From assembly GCA_024276195.1 (NCBI GenBank), contig JAJRXR010000031.1, forward strand, positions 4,473 through 68,472: a stretch of DNA of 64,000 nucleotides. The letters run 5' to 3'. Of this stretch, positions 55,201 through 63,981 are shown one piece after another. The notes beneath the pieces were generated by a model that saw only the letters and a program-made list of their open reading frames with translations, had not been told where the DNA came from and searched no databases. The stretch's first letter is position 1; every line of letters begins with the position of its first letter. Made by a program: the position numbers and the translations under genes. This DNA comes from Planctomycetota bacterium (GTDB taxonomy: Bacteria; Planctomycetota; Phycisphaerae; Phycisphaerales; UBA1924).

Positions 55201-57350
55201 GAGGAATGACGCCCCGGGTTCGGTACGTCATCGGCGAGGACGTTCGGCTCGAACTCATCCGCGGCGCCGATCGCATCGAGACGCCTGGGGTGTACGCGGG
55301 CCTCGACCGGTACGGGCGCATCATCAACCAGATGTGGGTCAACAACAACTTTACGAACGCGACCAATCCGGCGGACCCGCTGGTGTCGCGGGCGTACGCC
55401 TATGACCGCACCTCGAATCGATTGCTCGACTACGACAACCGTCCGAACCCGGCCTTCCCTGATCGTGACTGGTGGTACGACTACGACGAGCTGGACCGTC
55501 TGAAGACCGCGTACCGGGGTGAGTTCACGGGAACGGAAACAGACCGCGATGGCTGGGCTGGTCTCAACCAGGCGACGCGCGAGACCAAGTGGTCGCTGGA
55601 GCCTGGCTCCGAGGCGTGGGATCTGGACATCCTTGGCAACTGGGACGAGTTTGACCGGGACCAGGACGACACGGCGTTCCCGCTGGGCTTCGGGCCGGAC
55701 AACGGCGAAGAGGAGATCCGCACCCACAACATGGCCAACGAGCTGACGACCTTCCAGCCGCAGACCTCGCCGAGCACTCAATCATCGGCGCATCACTTCG
55801 ATGAGTCTGGGAACCTGCGTCGTGAGCTACGGGCGGGGACAACCAGCGGCTACAAGTACACCTACGACGCCTGGAACCGCTTGGTGAAGATCGAGTACCA
55901 GAGCCCGACAGAGCTGAACACGATCGGCGAGTACGAGTACAACGGTCTGGGATGGCGGACGATCCGCCGGTACGACACGACCAAGGGGAGTTACGACGGC
56001 GTGAACGAGGAACGCCGGTACTTCTACTCTGCGGGATGGCAGGTGCTCGAAGAGCACATCGACGAGGACGGGACGGGCGCCTCGCTGAACGCGGGGGACC
56101 CTGCGGACATCGACCGGCGCGCCCAGCAGGTCTGGGGGACACGGTACATCGACGACGCGGTAGCGCGCCGCGTGGATACGGACGGCGACGGCGTGGAGTT
56201 CGAATCGCTGTATCGGTACCTGATCGATGCGCTCTTCAGCGTGCGCGGCATCGTGGACGACTCGGGGTCGGTGATCGAGTACCTGGACTACACGCCGTAC
56301 GGGGAGGACGCTGCGGGGGAGACGGTGCACCGGTACGCGGGTGATCTGGACGGGGATTCGGTGCTGACGGTGGCGGACCTGGTGCTGCTGCAAACAGCGA
56401 TCACAAACAGCGTGTACATCGCCGACGCGGACCTGACGCACGACGGGTCACTGGATTTCTCGGACATCGTGGAGATGAGCGGTCGGATCAGCGCGGGGTA
56501 CGATCTGGCGATGCCGGGGAACTGGGTGGGTGACCCCGAGCGAGCGTCGGTGGCGAGCGACAACTCGGTGGGGTACGCCGGGTACTGGGGGGATCTGGAG
56601 GCGGGGTTGTACTGTGTGCGATTCAGGCATTACTCACCGGGGCTGGGGCGGTGGATGCAGAGGGATCCAGACGGGTATGGCTCTGGGATGGGTTTATATG
56701 TCTATGCGTTGTCGTCGCCCGCTGTCTACCTTGACCCTGACGGCCTTTCGCCTGTATTCTTGGTTGCGCCAGCCGAAGCCGCTGCCAATTATCTGATTAA
56801 TCAATTCTATACAGAGGCTGTTCCACGAATTTCGCAAGCAGCGGTAGCAGCGGCTGCATTTAAGAACAAAGCGTGCTCGCTGCTTTCAAGCGTCACTAGC
56901 ATACCTGGTTATGGATGTATTACTTTGATTGTCTTTGCCGGAGATGAGTTCCTGAGTCCTCCGGGATTAGAGGCATTGGATGCGGCACTAAACTATGTAA
57001 CTGCACTCGAACTTGCATGCCAAGGCAAACTTGGAAAAGCGGGATTCTTCGCGGCATTGTCGGTAGTTGATGCTACGATTGCGCCCTATGGTGGGAAGCT
57101 CGGGGGTGCCGTTGCGGGCTTCTTTACAGGTGGCCCTGTGGGTGCCGTCATAGGTCAAAAAGCAGGCGAGGTACTGCTGGAGACGGCCGTCTGGGGTCTC
57201 CAGAACGCCATTTCGCAAGGGAGTGTATTGCCTACGCAACAGTTGTGTGATTGTATGAATGTACTAAACATGCTTGGGGCGTCGCCAGCCACGCCTCCGG
57301 TCGGTCCCTCGCAGCCAACATTAACGGATCCAGCCTTGCTCGGAAGATAG
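52269..57350 (+). CDS. RHS/YD-repeat polymorphic toxin: shell, RHS core and variable C-terminal tip
   Basis: Many YDxxGR(L/V) repeats (YDARGRL, YDDLGRL, YDGLGRR, YDDAGRL, FDERGRV...). RHS core ends at RFRHYSPGLGRWMQRDPDGYGSGMGLYVYALSSPAVYLDPDGL. Confidence 0.9.
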   Translation: MGVSEGLSGAIVRTTQYERVDTTRPDLITKSTQLSDNDTVRSAGFDFHDAAKFRPSVVTRRIDGDKASHNGPGVGSTTEVVTYELYDARGRLRWAKLADGVNEYREYEPFTGRLIKVVSNAASGDQSAGEPAPTTSNFPGLPGSLTWARPAGTFPMVREMEYDDLGRLIASTNTAGVTRYAKREVRWADTAIPTVTRGVPHMARTSLPHKLASGSNTYDGPAQITWLDAAGRSIRQSEYLLSGTPWQPVNGPEPSYALGAEVARTTAGISIAGIVESAKVWHDVLGDDSYETQFEYDGLGRRTKTTDPLGGEARQVYDIRDRVVAIYSSRGSGNGPERLVADFTYDSDQDATQGVGNSNLTFERWYVDEAGTQTRTNKRWYDFRDRLIGVENPEAPHQTFTYDDQNRVIAQASWTSSWGAGTPYTPAVGVASISTYRESSYSHRGLLYEERIAIDPTSGSTSFLETNRWYDDRGRQIALWAPNGPATKTTYDPHSRVNFARVTDRKDDVVPGVAGNHADAVDVSTDFIIEQVRYNYEVEAGIDTGLLELVSVYQRRHDFSGLGKLDSGTASDKAFQTYTGMAYDDAGRLTETLNFGTNTASNVFDSSGSAPTAPYDTDRGTNLVALIESVEFDERGRVIASIDPEGSRTETKYDDLSRRVAVIEAASGAVDPDTDITWNSTDGRWSVGWSATPPSDTDRITSFAYDGLSNVVKRVAHVSDGTTADKVQETEYVYGTTTPATPSGDLDSHISSSRLLAKVRYPDETTGDASDSGAYSVIYAYNMQGELIGMQDQMATTHVYERDGFGRVVHDRVTSTDNTLTYTVDTTVMRISASYDGHGNLSAVRSYDNDAVGSGTVQNAVGFGYTPLHQIGEVRQHPEGDVTSDPWPTLPEAAVDYTYSNKSILSGAVTGNHSRVETIRYPSDQTATTDPTLHITYAPNGVGDRISRVSKLEEITDEPTPGVYTLGDTYVAYSYAGRGMTPRVRYVIGEDVRLELIRGADRIETPGVYAGLDRYGRIINQMWVNNNFTNATNPADPLVSRAYAYDRTSNRLLDYDNRPNPAFPDRDWWYDYDELDRLKTAYRGEFTGTETDRDGWAGLNQATRETKWSLEPGSEAWDLDILGNWDEFDRDQDDTAFPLGFGPDNGEEEIRTHNMANELTTFQPQTSPSTQSSAHHFDESGNLRRELRAGTTSGYKYTYDAWNRLVKIEYQSPTELNTIGEYEYNGLGWRTIRRYDTTKGSYDGVNEERRYFYSAGWQVLEEHIDEDGTGASLNAGDPADIDRRAQQVWGTRYIDDAVARRVDTDGDGVEFESLYRYLIDALFSVRGIVDDSGSVIEYLDYTPYGEDAAGETVHRYAGDLDGDSVLTVADLVLLQTAITNSVYIADADLTHDGSLDFSDIVEMSGRISAGYDLAMPGNWVGDPERASVASDNSVGYAGYWGDLEAGLYCVRFRHYSPGLGRWMQRDPDGYGSGMGLYVYALSSPAVYLDPDGLSPVFLVAPAEAAANYLINQFYTEAVPRISQAAVAAAAFKNKACSLLSSVTSIPGYGCITLIVFAGDEFLSPPGLEALDAALNYVTALELACQGKLGKAGFFAALSVVDATIAPYGGKLGGAVAGFFTGGPVGAVIGQKAGEVLLETAVWGLQNAISQGSVLPTQQLCDCMNVLNMLGASPATPPVGPSQPTLTDPALLGR

Positions 57351-57372
57351 AGTTTGCTACAGTTCCTCTAGA

Positions 57373-57465
57373 ATGAATATGAAAATTATTCATGGCGTAG
57401 TAGTTGTTGCAATTGAAAAAGAAAATCAGAAGATTGATTTACTTAACAAGGAGTTGTCTGTGTGA
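57373..57465 (+). CDS. tiny A/T-rich ORF downstream of the RHS tip (30 aa)
   Basis: MNMKIIHGVVVVAIEKENQKIDLLNKELSV. Below the ORF-track size cut-off; read by hand. Confidence 0.25.
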   Translation: MNMKIIHGVVVVAIEKENQKIDLLNKELSV

Positions 57466-57617
57466 AACACGAGCGCGAGACACGCGGCGGCGGTGGCGAT
57501 CGATTGTATTGGTTTAAAGAGGATCGGCCAGTTCTTGTTCGACTTATATGGGCACTTATCGCGATTGCTTTATTGACCATTGTTCTGACGGTTGCGACTT
57601 TGCTTGCATTGATTTGA
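57462..57617 (+). CDS. small single-TM protein, candidate RHS immunity factor (51 aa)
   Basis: The GTG overlaps the previous stop (GTGTGA). VKHERETRGGGGDRLYWFKEDRPVLVRLIWALIAIALLTIVLTVATLLALI has one strong TM helix. Confidence 0.35.
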   Translation: MKHERETRGGGGDRLYWFKEDRPVLVRLIWALIAIALLTIVLTVATLLALI

Positions 57618-57797
57618 ATGTGAATGGCGTGGGATCCAAATATTCAGCCGCGTGCAAGTGCGATGCGACACCGGGAAAAACCCGTGGGCGCTCGGCAATG
57701 AGAGGGGCCAAGTGATGGTTCGGTGAACCGGACGTAGACCGATGGCGCATGGTCGCGTTTCAATCAGCTCGGTTTGGCGAACAAGAAAAGCTGCCCA

Positions 57798-57950
57798 GGC
57801 GGCGCGACGGTAGGAGCGGAACAGCCCCCCGAGACGCTCATCGCATTGAACGGTGCCCGCTGCCTTGGGCGATTCTTCAGATGACTCGAGCGGGACATTG
57901 CCCACGCCCTGGTGAGAGCGCTCGTGAACAGCGGATTCCAGTCGTAGATC
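57798..57950 (-). pseudogene. C-terminal remnant of an rve-type (DDE integrase core) transposase
   Basis: Minus-strand frame reads ..HERSHQGVGNVPLE....AGTVQCDERLGGLFRSYRRAA. This matches the ..ERPHQGLGN......RLGGLL..YYR.A ending of IS481/IS3-like transposases. No upstream catalytic core is present. Confidence 0.45.
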
Positions 57951-58038
57951 AGGATGCGGTGGGCTACCTGTCGGTTGTGTCAACCGGACACCCATTCAGC
58001 GAGTATGTGAGCCTCGGCAAGGACGGAGGCTACCGCGC

Positions 58039-60225
58039 ATGGGCTGCAAAGGATTGCTGCCAGTCCCCTTGGTGTTGATCGCGGCATGTTTGGCGTTGAG
58101 CACGCCTCGCAGCGCCGCTGTCCAGCCAGCCGGTGATGAGCCAGCCGCACACGTCGTCCTCAATGGTCGAGTCCCGCTGTCTCGCCTTGTCGATCTTGCG
58201 GCTGCGCAGCTCGGGCTGTCCGTGTCGTACGACGTCCAGGCGCTCCGGGCAGAGGTGACGATCCGTGTGGACGAGGGCATCTCGGGCGATGAGTTGTGGC
58301 GGCTGGTCAACGAGCAGCTCCAAGCCCACAACCTCACGACGATCCGATCAGATGATCGTGACACATTGGCGGTGGCGCCGCTCTCGGAGGCCAAGGACCG
58401 GGCCAGGATCGAGCTTGGAGACGCGCCCCAAGTTGAGGCGGGATTCCAGCGTGTGCTGCTAACGCCCCAGTCCACGGGCGCCGAGGAGATCGAGGGTCCG
58501 CTGCGAAAGCTGATCTCGCGGGCTGGATCGATTGAGCGTCTGGATCAGCGAACACTCTTGGTCAGTGATCTGACGCCGCGTCTCCGCCAGATCCGTGTGT
58601 TGCTGGGGCGGCTCGATTCCGCATCAGAGACCTCGGCCTCTCGCACACTCAAGCTCGAACATCTCGCCCCGGAGCGGGCGATCGCGTTGGTCACGCAGGT
58701 CGCCGCCAAGCGAAAGCTCGTTGGCGGACCTGACACTCCGGGCGAGTTTGTGGCGTTGCCCGATGGGAAGTCGGTGCTTGTCATTGCCCCTGAGCGTGGG
58801 CTGGACGGCTGGGAGACGCTGATCAGGGCGTTGGATCAGCTCGAGCCCGTCGAGACGCGGCACTACTCGCCGTCACACTTTGCTCTGGCGGAGACTGCGG
58901 GCCTCATTGAAGAAACGGTCAGAGGCTCCAGCTCATCCGATGGCCGCTGGCGGCTGGTTCAGGATCAACTGACGGGTTCGCTGGTCATCACGGCGACACC
59001 ATCCGACCATGAGCGCGTCCAGGCCGTGCTTGATCGGCTGGCAGCGGCTCCTGTTGAGTCTCAACGCCCGGTGCGGTCGTTTGTGGTGCGGAATCGATCG
59101 GTGACGGAGGTCGTTGAAGTGCTTCGCGGACTTATTGATGCGGGCGTGCTGGAGGCGGGCGCGTTCGAGCGTGATGACGCGGTGCGCGCCGCCGGCGCCC
59201 AGCAGAGCAGCCAAGCGGCTTCTGATCAGGCTGGACGACTCAATCAGCCGCGTCGATCGGAACAGGGGCTCAGCGAGCGTCGGGGGCCGGAGGGTATCGA
59301 TCTCTCGCTCACAGCGGACGAGGGGACGAACACGCTCATCGCTGTGGGGCACGTTCGCTTGCTGGATCAGTTGGAGGGGCTCCTCAAGATTATTGATGTC
59401 CGGCAGCCACAGGTGGTGCTTGAGGTGCTGCTCGTGTCACTGACTGACGGGCAGACGCAGGATCTGGGTGTGGAGCTCGCGGCGCTGATCAACGAGGCCG
59501 GGACAAGATTTGCGTTGGCGTCGCTCTTCGGGCTCAGCTCGGTCTTGCCATCTGATGCGGCGGCGATGCCCGGGAGCGGATCTGGAGGCACCGCGGTGGT
59601 GCTCGACCCGGGCAACTTCAGCGCTGTTATCCGTGCCCTTGAGACGGTCAATGGCGGGCGTTCGCTCTCGATCCCCCGGATCCTGGTCAACAACAACGAG
59701 AGCGGCGAGTTCAACTCGGTGGTGCAGGAGCCGTTTGCGAGCACGAACGCTTCGAATACGGTGGCGACGACGAGCTTTGGCGGTACGCAGGATGCGGGGA
59801 CGACCATCTCGATCCGGCCGCAGATCGCCGCAGGCGATTTCCTGGTCCTCGAGTACTCCGTGTCATTGAGTTCGTTCACGGGTGAGTCGGCGGATCCTTC
59901 GTTGCCGCCGCCTCGCCAGCAGAACAACCTGTCGAGCGTGGCCACCATCCCGGACGGGTACACGATCGCGGTGGGGGGGATCGAGCTGACCACCGAGGCC
60001 GAGGCGGTGAGCAAAGTGCCGCTGCTCGGTGATCTTCCAGGGATCGGAGCTTTGTTCCGGAGTACGTCGATCTCATCGAGCCAGTCCCGGTTCTATGTGT
60101 TCATCCGAGCGTCGGTCATGCGGCATCATGACTTTCTGGATCTGAAGTATGTGAGCGATCAGGAGATCCTTCAGGCCGGGGTAGACGATGGCTGGCCCGA
60201 GGTGGCGCCGAGGATCATCAAGTGA
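58039..60225 (+). CDS. gspD: type II secretion system secretin
   Basis: Signal peptide, N-domains, secretin domain ending VPLLGDLPGIGALFRS...FYVFIRA. Confidence 0.9.
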   Translation: MGCKGLLPVPLVLIAACLALSTPRSAAVQPAGDEPAAHVVLNGRVPLSRLVDLAAAQLGLSVSYDVQALRAEVTIRVDEGISGDELWRLVNEQLQAHNLTTIRSDDRDTLAVAPLSEAKDRARIELGDAPQVEAGFQRVLLTPQSTGAEEIEGPLRKLISRAGSIERLDQRTLLVSDLTPRLRQIRVLLGRLDSASETSASRTLKLEHLAPERAIALVTQVAAKRKLVGGPDTPGEFVALPDGKSVLVIAPERGLDGWETLIRALDQLEPVETRHYSPSHFALAETAGLIEETVRGSSSSDGRWRLVQDQLTGSLVITATPSDHERVQAVLDRLAAAPVESQRPVRSFVVRNRSVTEVVEVLRGLIDAGVLEAGAFERDDAVRAAGAQQSSQAASDQAGRLNQPRRSEQGLSERRGPEGIDLSLTADEGTNTLIAVGHVRLLDQLEGLLKIIDVRQPQVVLEVLLVSLTDGQTQDLGVELAALINEAGTRFALASLFGLSSVLPSDAAAMPGSGSGGTAVVLDPGNFSAVIRALETVNGGRSLSIPRILVNNNESGEFNSVVQEPFASTNASNTVATTSFGGTQDAGTTISIRPQIAAGDFLVLEYSVSLSSFTGESADPSLPPPRQQNNLSSVATIPDGYTIAVGGIELTTEAEAVSKVPLLGDLPGIGALFRSTSISSSQSRFYVFIRASVMRHHDFLDLKYVSDQEILQAGVDDGWPEVAPRIIK

Positions 60226-61790
60226 CGACGGCGGCTCCAGCCGCAGCGGACCCGCACGAGGAGGCGGTGTGTGCTGCGCCATCAGACACCTTTCTGCGGC
60301 TGATCCCGCGAGACTTTGCTCGGCTGCACCTGATCATTTCGGCGGGCGCCGAGGGCGATACCGAGCATCTGCTGGTCAGTGAGCGGACAAGCGCTGCGGC
60401 TGTCTGGAACACCGGCACACGGCTTGGGACAGCGATCACGACTGAGATCGTCGCTGACGAGCTTCTTGCGCGCCTGATTGACGACGTGTATGTCAGGCAC
60501 GCGGAGGAAGCGGACGCGCCCCAGGCAGAAGACAGTGGCGAGATGGGGGGCGAGGAGGTTGGGGCCGATCTCGATCGGCTCCTTGCTGAGGCTGACCGGG
60601 ACCTGCTCAGCGTCGAGGGCAAGGCGCCGGTCGTCAAGCTCGTCGATGCGTTGCTCTTTGATGCTCAGGCGTCGAGGGCGAGCGACCTGCATGTACAACC
60701 GCTGTCCGATCGTGTCCTCGTGAGGTATCGGATCGATGGCGTGCTGCATCTGATCCGGGAACTCTCTCCCTCGCTCGGCCAGCCGCTCACGAGCCGGATC
60801 AAGGTGATGGGCAAGATGGACATCGCCGAGCGCCGCACGCCCCAGGACGGGCGGGCGAGCGTGACGATTGGCCAGGGAGATTCGGCGCGATCGATCGACC
60901 TGCGGATCAGCACGCTGCCAACAAGCTACGGCGAGCGTGTCGTCATTCGCCTGCTCGACACCGACCGAGGGCTGCGCCTGGCGCGTCTTGAGCAGATCGG
61001 GATGCCAGAAGAGACCCTGCGGGCGTACCGATCATCCGCGAGCCGTGCCAACGGGATCGTGCTGCTCACCGGCCCGACCGGATCAGGCAAGACGACCACG
61101 CTCTACGCCACGCTGCGCTGGGTCGCCGCCAAAGGACTCACGGGCGGCGAACTGAATGTCATGACGATCGAGGATCCGATCGAGTACGAGCTCTCGACCG
61201 CCGGGATCGCGATCAGCCAGGCCCAGGTGAACACCAAGAAGGGCGTGACCTTCGCCTCGGGGCTGCGTCATATCCTCCGGCAGGACCCGGACGTGATCAT
61301 GGTCGGAGAGATCCGCGATACCGAAACAGCGCGCACCGCGATCCAAGCGTCACTCACCGGGCACCTCGTGTTCTCGACGCTGCACACGAATGACGCGATC
61401 AGCGCGGTGACCCGCCTGGCGGATCTCGGCGTTGAGCCGTATCTCGTGGGTTCCTCTCTTTCAGCGGTGCTGGCGCAGCGGCTCGTGCGTCTGACCCATC
61501 AGGATTGCAGCGGGGCGGGCTGCTCGGACTGCTATGACTCAGGCTTCAGGGGCCGGACAGGGCTGTTTGAGCTGTTTGTGCTGGACGAGGACGCACGCGC
61601 GTCCGTGAGTTCTGGCGCCTCAGCCAGTGAGTTGCGGTCTGCGGCCAGGCGCTCGGGCATGCGGACGCTGGCGCAAGAAGGCGAGCGACTCCTCGACCAA
61701 GGGATGACCACCCGGCTTGAGATCGAGCGTGTCTCGGTGGCTGAACAAGCGAGCAGTTCTGCGGGGGTCGTGGGGGGGGTCATGGCATGA
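60222..61790 (+). CDS. gspE: type II secretion ATPase
   Basis: Walker A LLTGPTGSGKTTTLYA, MVGEIRD, HLVFSTLHTND and a Cys-rich cluster CSGAGCSDC. Start overlaps the gspD stop. Confidence 0.95.
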   Translation: MTTAAPAAADPHEEAVCAAPSDTFLRLIPRDFARLHLIISAGAEGDTEHLLVSERTSAAAVWNTGTRLGTAITTEIVADELLARLIDDVYVRHAEEADAPQAEDSGEMGGEEVGADLDRLLAEADRDLLSVEGKAPVVKLVDALLFDAQASRASDLHVQPLSDRVLVRYRIDGVLHLIRELSPSLGQPLTSRIKVMGKMDIAERRTPQDGRASVTIGQGDSARSIDLRISTLPTSYGERVVIRLLDTDRGLRLARLEQIGMPEETLRAYRSSASRANGIVLLTGPTGSGKTTTLYATLRWVAAKGLTGGELNVMTIEDPIEYELSTAGIAISQAQVNTKKGVTFASGLRHILRQDPDVIMVGEIRDTETARTAIQASLTGHLVFSTLHTNDAISAVTRLADLGVEPYLVGSSLSAVLAQRLVRLTHQDCSGAGCSDCYDSGFRGRTGLFELFVLDEDARASVSSGASASELRSAARRSGMRTLAQEGERLLDQGMTTRLEIERVSVAEQASSSAGVVGGVMA

Positions 61791-63052
61791 TGGTCTGGCG
61801 GTATGTTGCTGTGCCGCTGGAGCCCTCTGCCGGCGGGACCCGGCAGGCGGGCGAGCTTGCCGGCGCTTCCGCAGCGGATGTGAGGGCCTCGCTCCGCAGG
61901 GCCGGTCTTCAGGTGCTCGATGTCCGACCGATCCGCAGAGGACATACGCCGGGCCAGATTTCGGGCTGGCTTGTTCCGGTTCAGGCGACAGCCAACCGCC
62001 ACCTGCGCTCGAGGCGCCGCCCGCTTGTTGGCGAGATCTACGACTCACTGGCGACCATGCTGGACGCGGGTGTACCGCTGCTCGGCGCTGTCGAGTCGGT
62101 CACGGGCCGTCCCTCACGGCGCGCCAGGGGGCGTCGCCGGATGCTTCTAGAGGTCCGCGAGTCGCTGTCTGCGGGTGGCTCACTCTCGGAGGCCATGAAA
62201 TCGCAGCCCGCGTGGTTTGACGCGGCCGAGATCGCCATGGTCGCCGCCGGGCAGCATTCGGGCGACCTGTCCGGTGTTCTGCGGTCGCTCGCAACAAAGC
62301 ACGGGCGTGCGAGCCAGCTCACCTCCAAGATCGCCTCGGCGCTCTCGTACCCGCTGATTGTGCTGCTCGTCGGGCTCGGTGTGGTCGCGTTCCTGAGCAC
62401 GAAGACGCTGCCCGAGTTGACGGGCATCCTCACGGATGCCGGGATTCAGGCGCCGAGGCTGACAAGCATCGTCATGGGCGCAGGCCAAGGTCTCGTCAGG
62501 TTCAGCCCGATGCTCGTGATGGCCGGTATTTTCCTGGCCGCAGTCGTTCTGCTCGCCGGTCCGATTGCGCGGTCTCGAGGGTTGAAGACGCCGTCCTGGC
62601 CAGCTTGGCTCACGCCCGGGGTGATGCGTCAGGTCATGGTTGCCCAGGCGATGGGCGGGCTCGCCGCGATGGCGCGCGTTGGCGTCCCGATCACCGAGTG
62701 CCTGCGCGTCTTGGCGCCGACCATCCCGGGGCTGGGGTCCGCAGCTCTGCGCCGCCTGCTGCTCGATGCCGCCGATCGCATCGAACGTGGCGGCTCAATT
62801 GCGGGTTCGCTCGACGATGAAATCTGGTTTGATGACGAGATGCGCCGATTGATCGAGATCGGGGAGGCCAGCGGCGAGTTGCCCGAGATTCTTGAGAGGC
62901 TCGCCGAGCGGCAGGAGCGGTCCGCTCACCGGGCGATCGATCGGTTCGTGACTCTGCTCGAACCCGCGATGATCCTGATGCTCGCCGTGCTTGTCGGCCT
63001 TGTCGTCATGGCCGCGATTCTCCCGCTGATCCGGCTCCAGGAGGTGGTTTAG
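61787..63052 (+). CDS. gspF: type II secretion inner-membrane platform protein
   Basis: Two GspF-type repeats and three TM segments. Start overlaps the gspE stop (ATGA). Confidence 0.9.
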   Translation: MMVWRYVAVPLEPSAGGTRQAGELAGASAADVRASLRRAGLQVLDVRPIRRGHTPGQISGWLVPVQATANRHLRSRRRPLVGEIYDSLATMLDAGVPLLGAVESVTGRPSRRARGRRRMLLEVRESLSAGGSLSEAMKSQPAWFDAAEIAMVAAGQHSGDLSGVLRSLATKHGRASQLTSKIASALSYPLIVLLVGLGVVAFLSTKTLPELTGILTDAGIQAPRLTSIVMGAGQGLVRFSPMLVMAGIFLAAVVLLAGPIARSRGLKTPSWPAWLTPGVMRQVMVAQAMGGLAAMARVGVPITECLRVLAPTIPGLGSAALRRLLLDAADRIERGGSIAGSLDDEIWFDDEMRRLIEIGEASGELPEILERLAERQERSAHRAIDRFVTLLEPAMILMLAVLVGLVVMAAILPLIRLQEVV

Positions 63053-63054
63053 AT

Positions 63055-63510
63055 ATGCTGTGTACAAAGAAAGTCGCTTACACACGACCGGCGTCTTGTC
63101 GCGGTATGACACTCGTCGAGCTGCTCGCAGTCGTCGTGCTATTGGGTCTCATCGCCGGAATACTGGCGGTCGGGTTCTCTGGGGCGTTCGCCAAGGGCAA
63201 GCACGAGCTGGCCAAATCGGGGATCGGACTGCTCGTGCAGCGCGTCGAGGCGTACCGCATCGAGAACGACACCTGGCCGGACGCGAGCCTGGGGCTTGCA
63301 GCCCTGAGCGATGGCCACGCGACGCCGGCGGCGAGCTACTACGTCAAGCCCGATCAGATCCTGGATCCCTGGGGGGCGCCGTACACGATCATCGTCCCCG
63401 GGCCGGAGGCGCACCCGTACGAGATCGTCTCGTACGGCGCCGATGGCCAGCCCGGCGGCGACGGCGAGAACGCTGATCTCTCGTCGATCAACCTCCGGGG
63501 GAGCGGCTGA
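63055..63510 (+). CDS. gspG: major pseudopilin
   Basis: Prepilin-type N-terminus (RG/MTLVELLAVVVLLGLIAG) and the GspG C-terminal pattern (DPWG.PY....PG......SYGADGQPGGDGENAD). Confidence 0.9.
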   Translation: MLCTKKVAYTRPASCRGMTLVELLAVVVLLGLIAGILAVGFSGAFAKGKHELAKSGIGLLVQRVEAYRIENDTWPDASLGLAALSDGHATPAASYYVKPDQILDPWGAPYTIIVPGPEAHPYEIVSYGADGQPGGDGENADLSSINLRGSG

Positions 63511-63513
63511 CCC

Positions 63514-63981
63514 GTGCGAGATCGGCAGACCTCATCTTGCGCCCTGACACTGATCGAGACGCTTGCGGCGATCACGCTGCTTGCGCTCGTGGCCTCGGTG
63601 CTCGGAACCGGACTCGGTGCGGCGAGCGATGACGCAAGGCTGCGGGGCGCTATGTCTGAGTGCTTGCACGCTGACCGTACCGCGCGGTTGATTGCCGGGA
63701 TGGAGGGGCCGGTGCATATCAGTGTGCAGGAGCATGGCGAGGGGCTTGTAGTAGCCCGGACAGGGGATGACGACACTCGCCGTGTATTCGAGGCGCGTTC
63801 AGGGGTAACGGTTTGGCTGATTGCTGAGGATGGCAGCGCGATGGATTGGGTTCTCATCGACATGGCGGGTCGAAGTAAGGACTACGAGGTTGTCTGTGAG
63901 TTCAATGGCCGATCCGTGAGGCGTCGGATCGCCGGGCTCACGGGCTGGGTGACACGTTCGGCGGGAGAAGGACCGTCGTGA
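63514..63981 (+). CDS. minor pseudopilin (GspH-like)
   Basis: N-terminal ALTLIETLAAITLLALVASVLG hydrophobic helix. The call is by position after gspG. Confidence 0.5.
   Translation: MRDRQTSSCALTLIETLAAITLLALVASVLGTGLGAASDDARLRGAMSECLHADRTARLIAGMEGPVHISVQEHGEGLVVARTGDDDTRRVFEARSGVTVWLIAEDGSAMDWVLIDMAGRSKDYEVVCEFNGRSVRRRIAGLTGWVTRSAGEGPS

Noticed and set aside
57749-58078. 109-aa plus-strand ORF and the full 141-aa minus-strand ORF (57570..57995) between the RHS locus and gspD
   Set aside because: Only about 50 residues of the minus-strand frame look like a real (transposase) sequence. The rest of both ORFs has no start or RBS support and overlaps the gspD start region.
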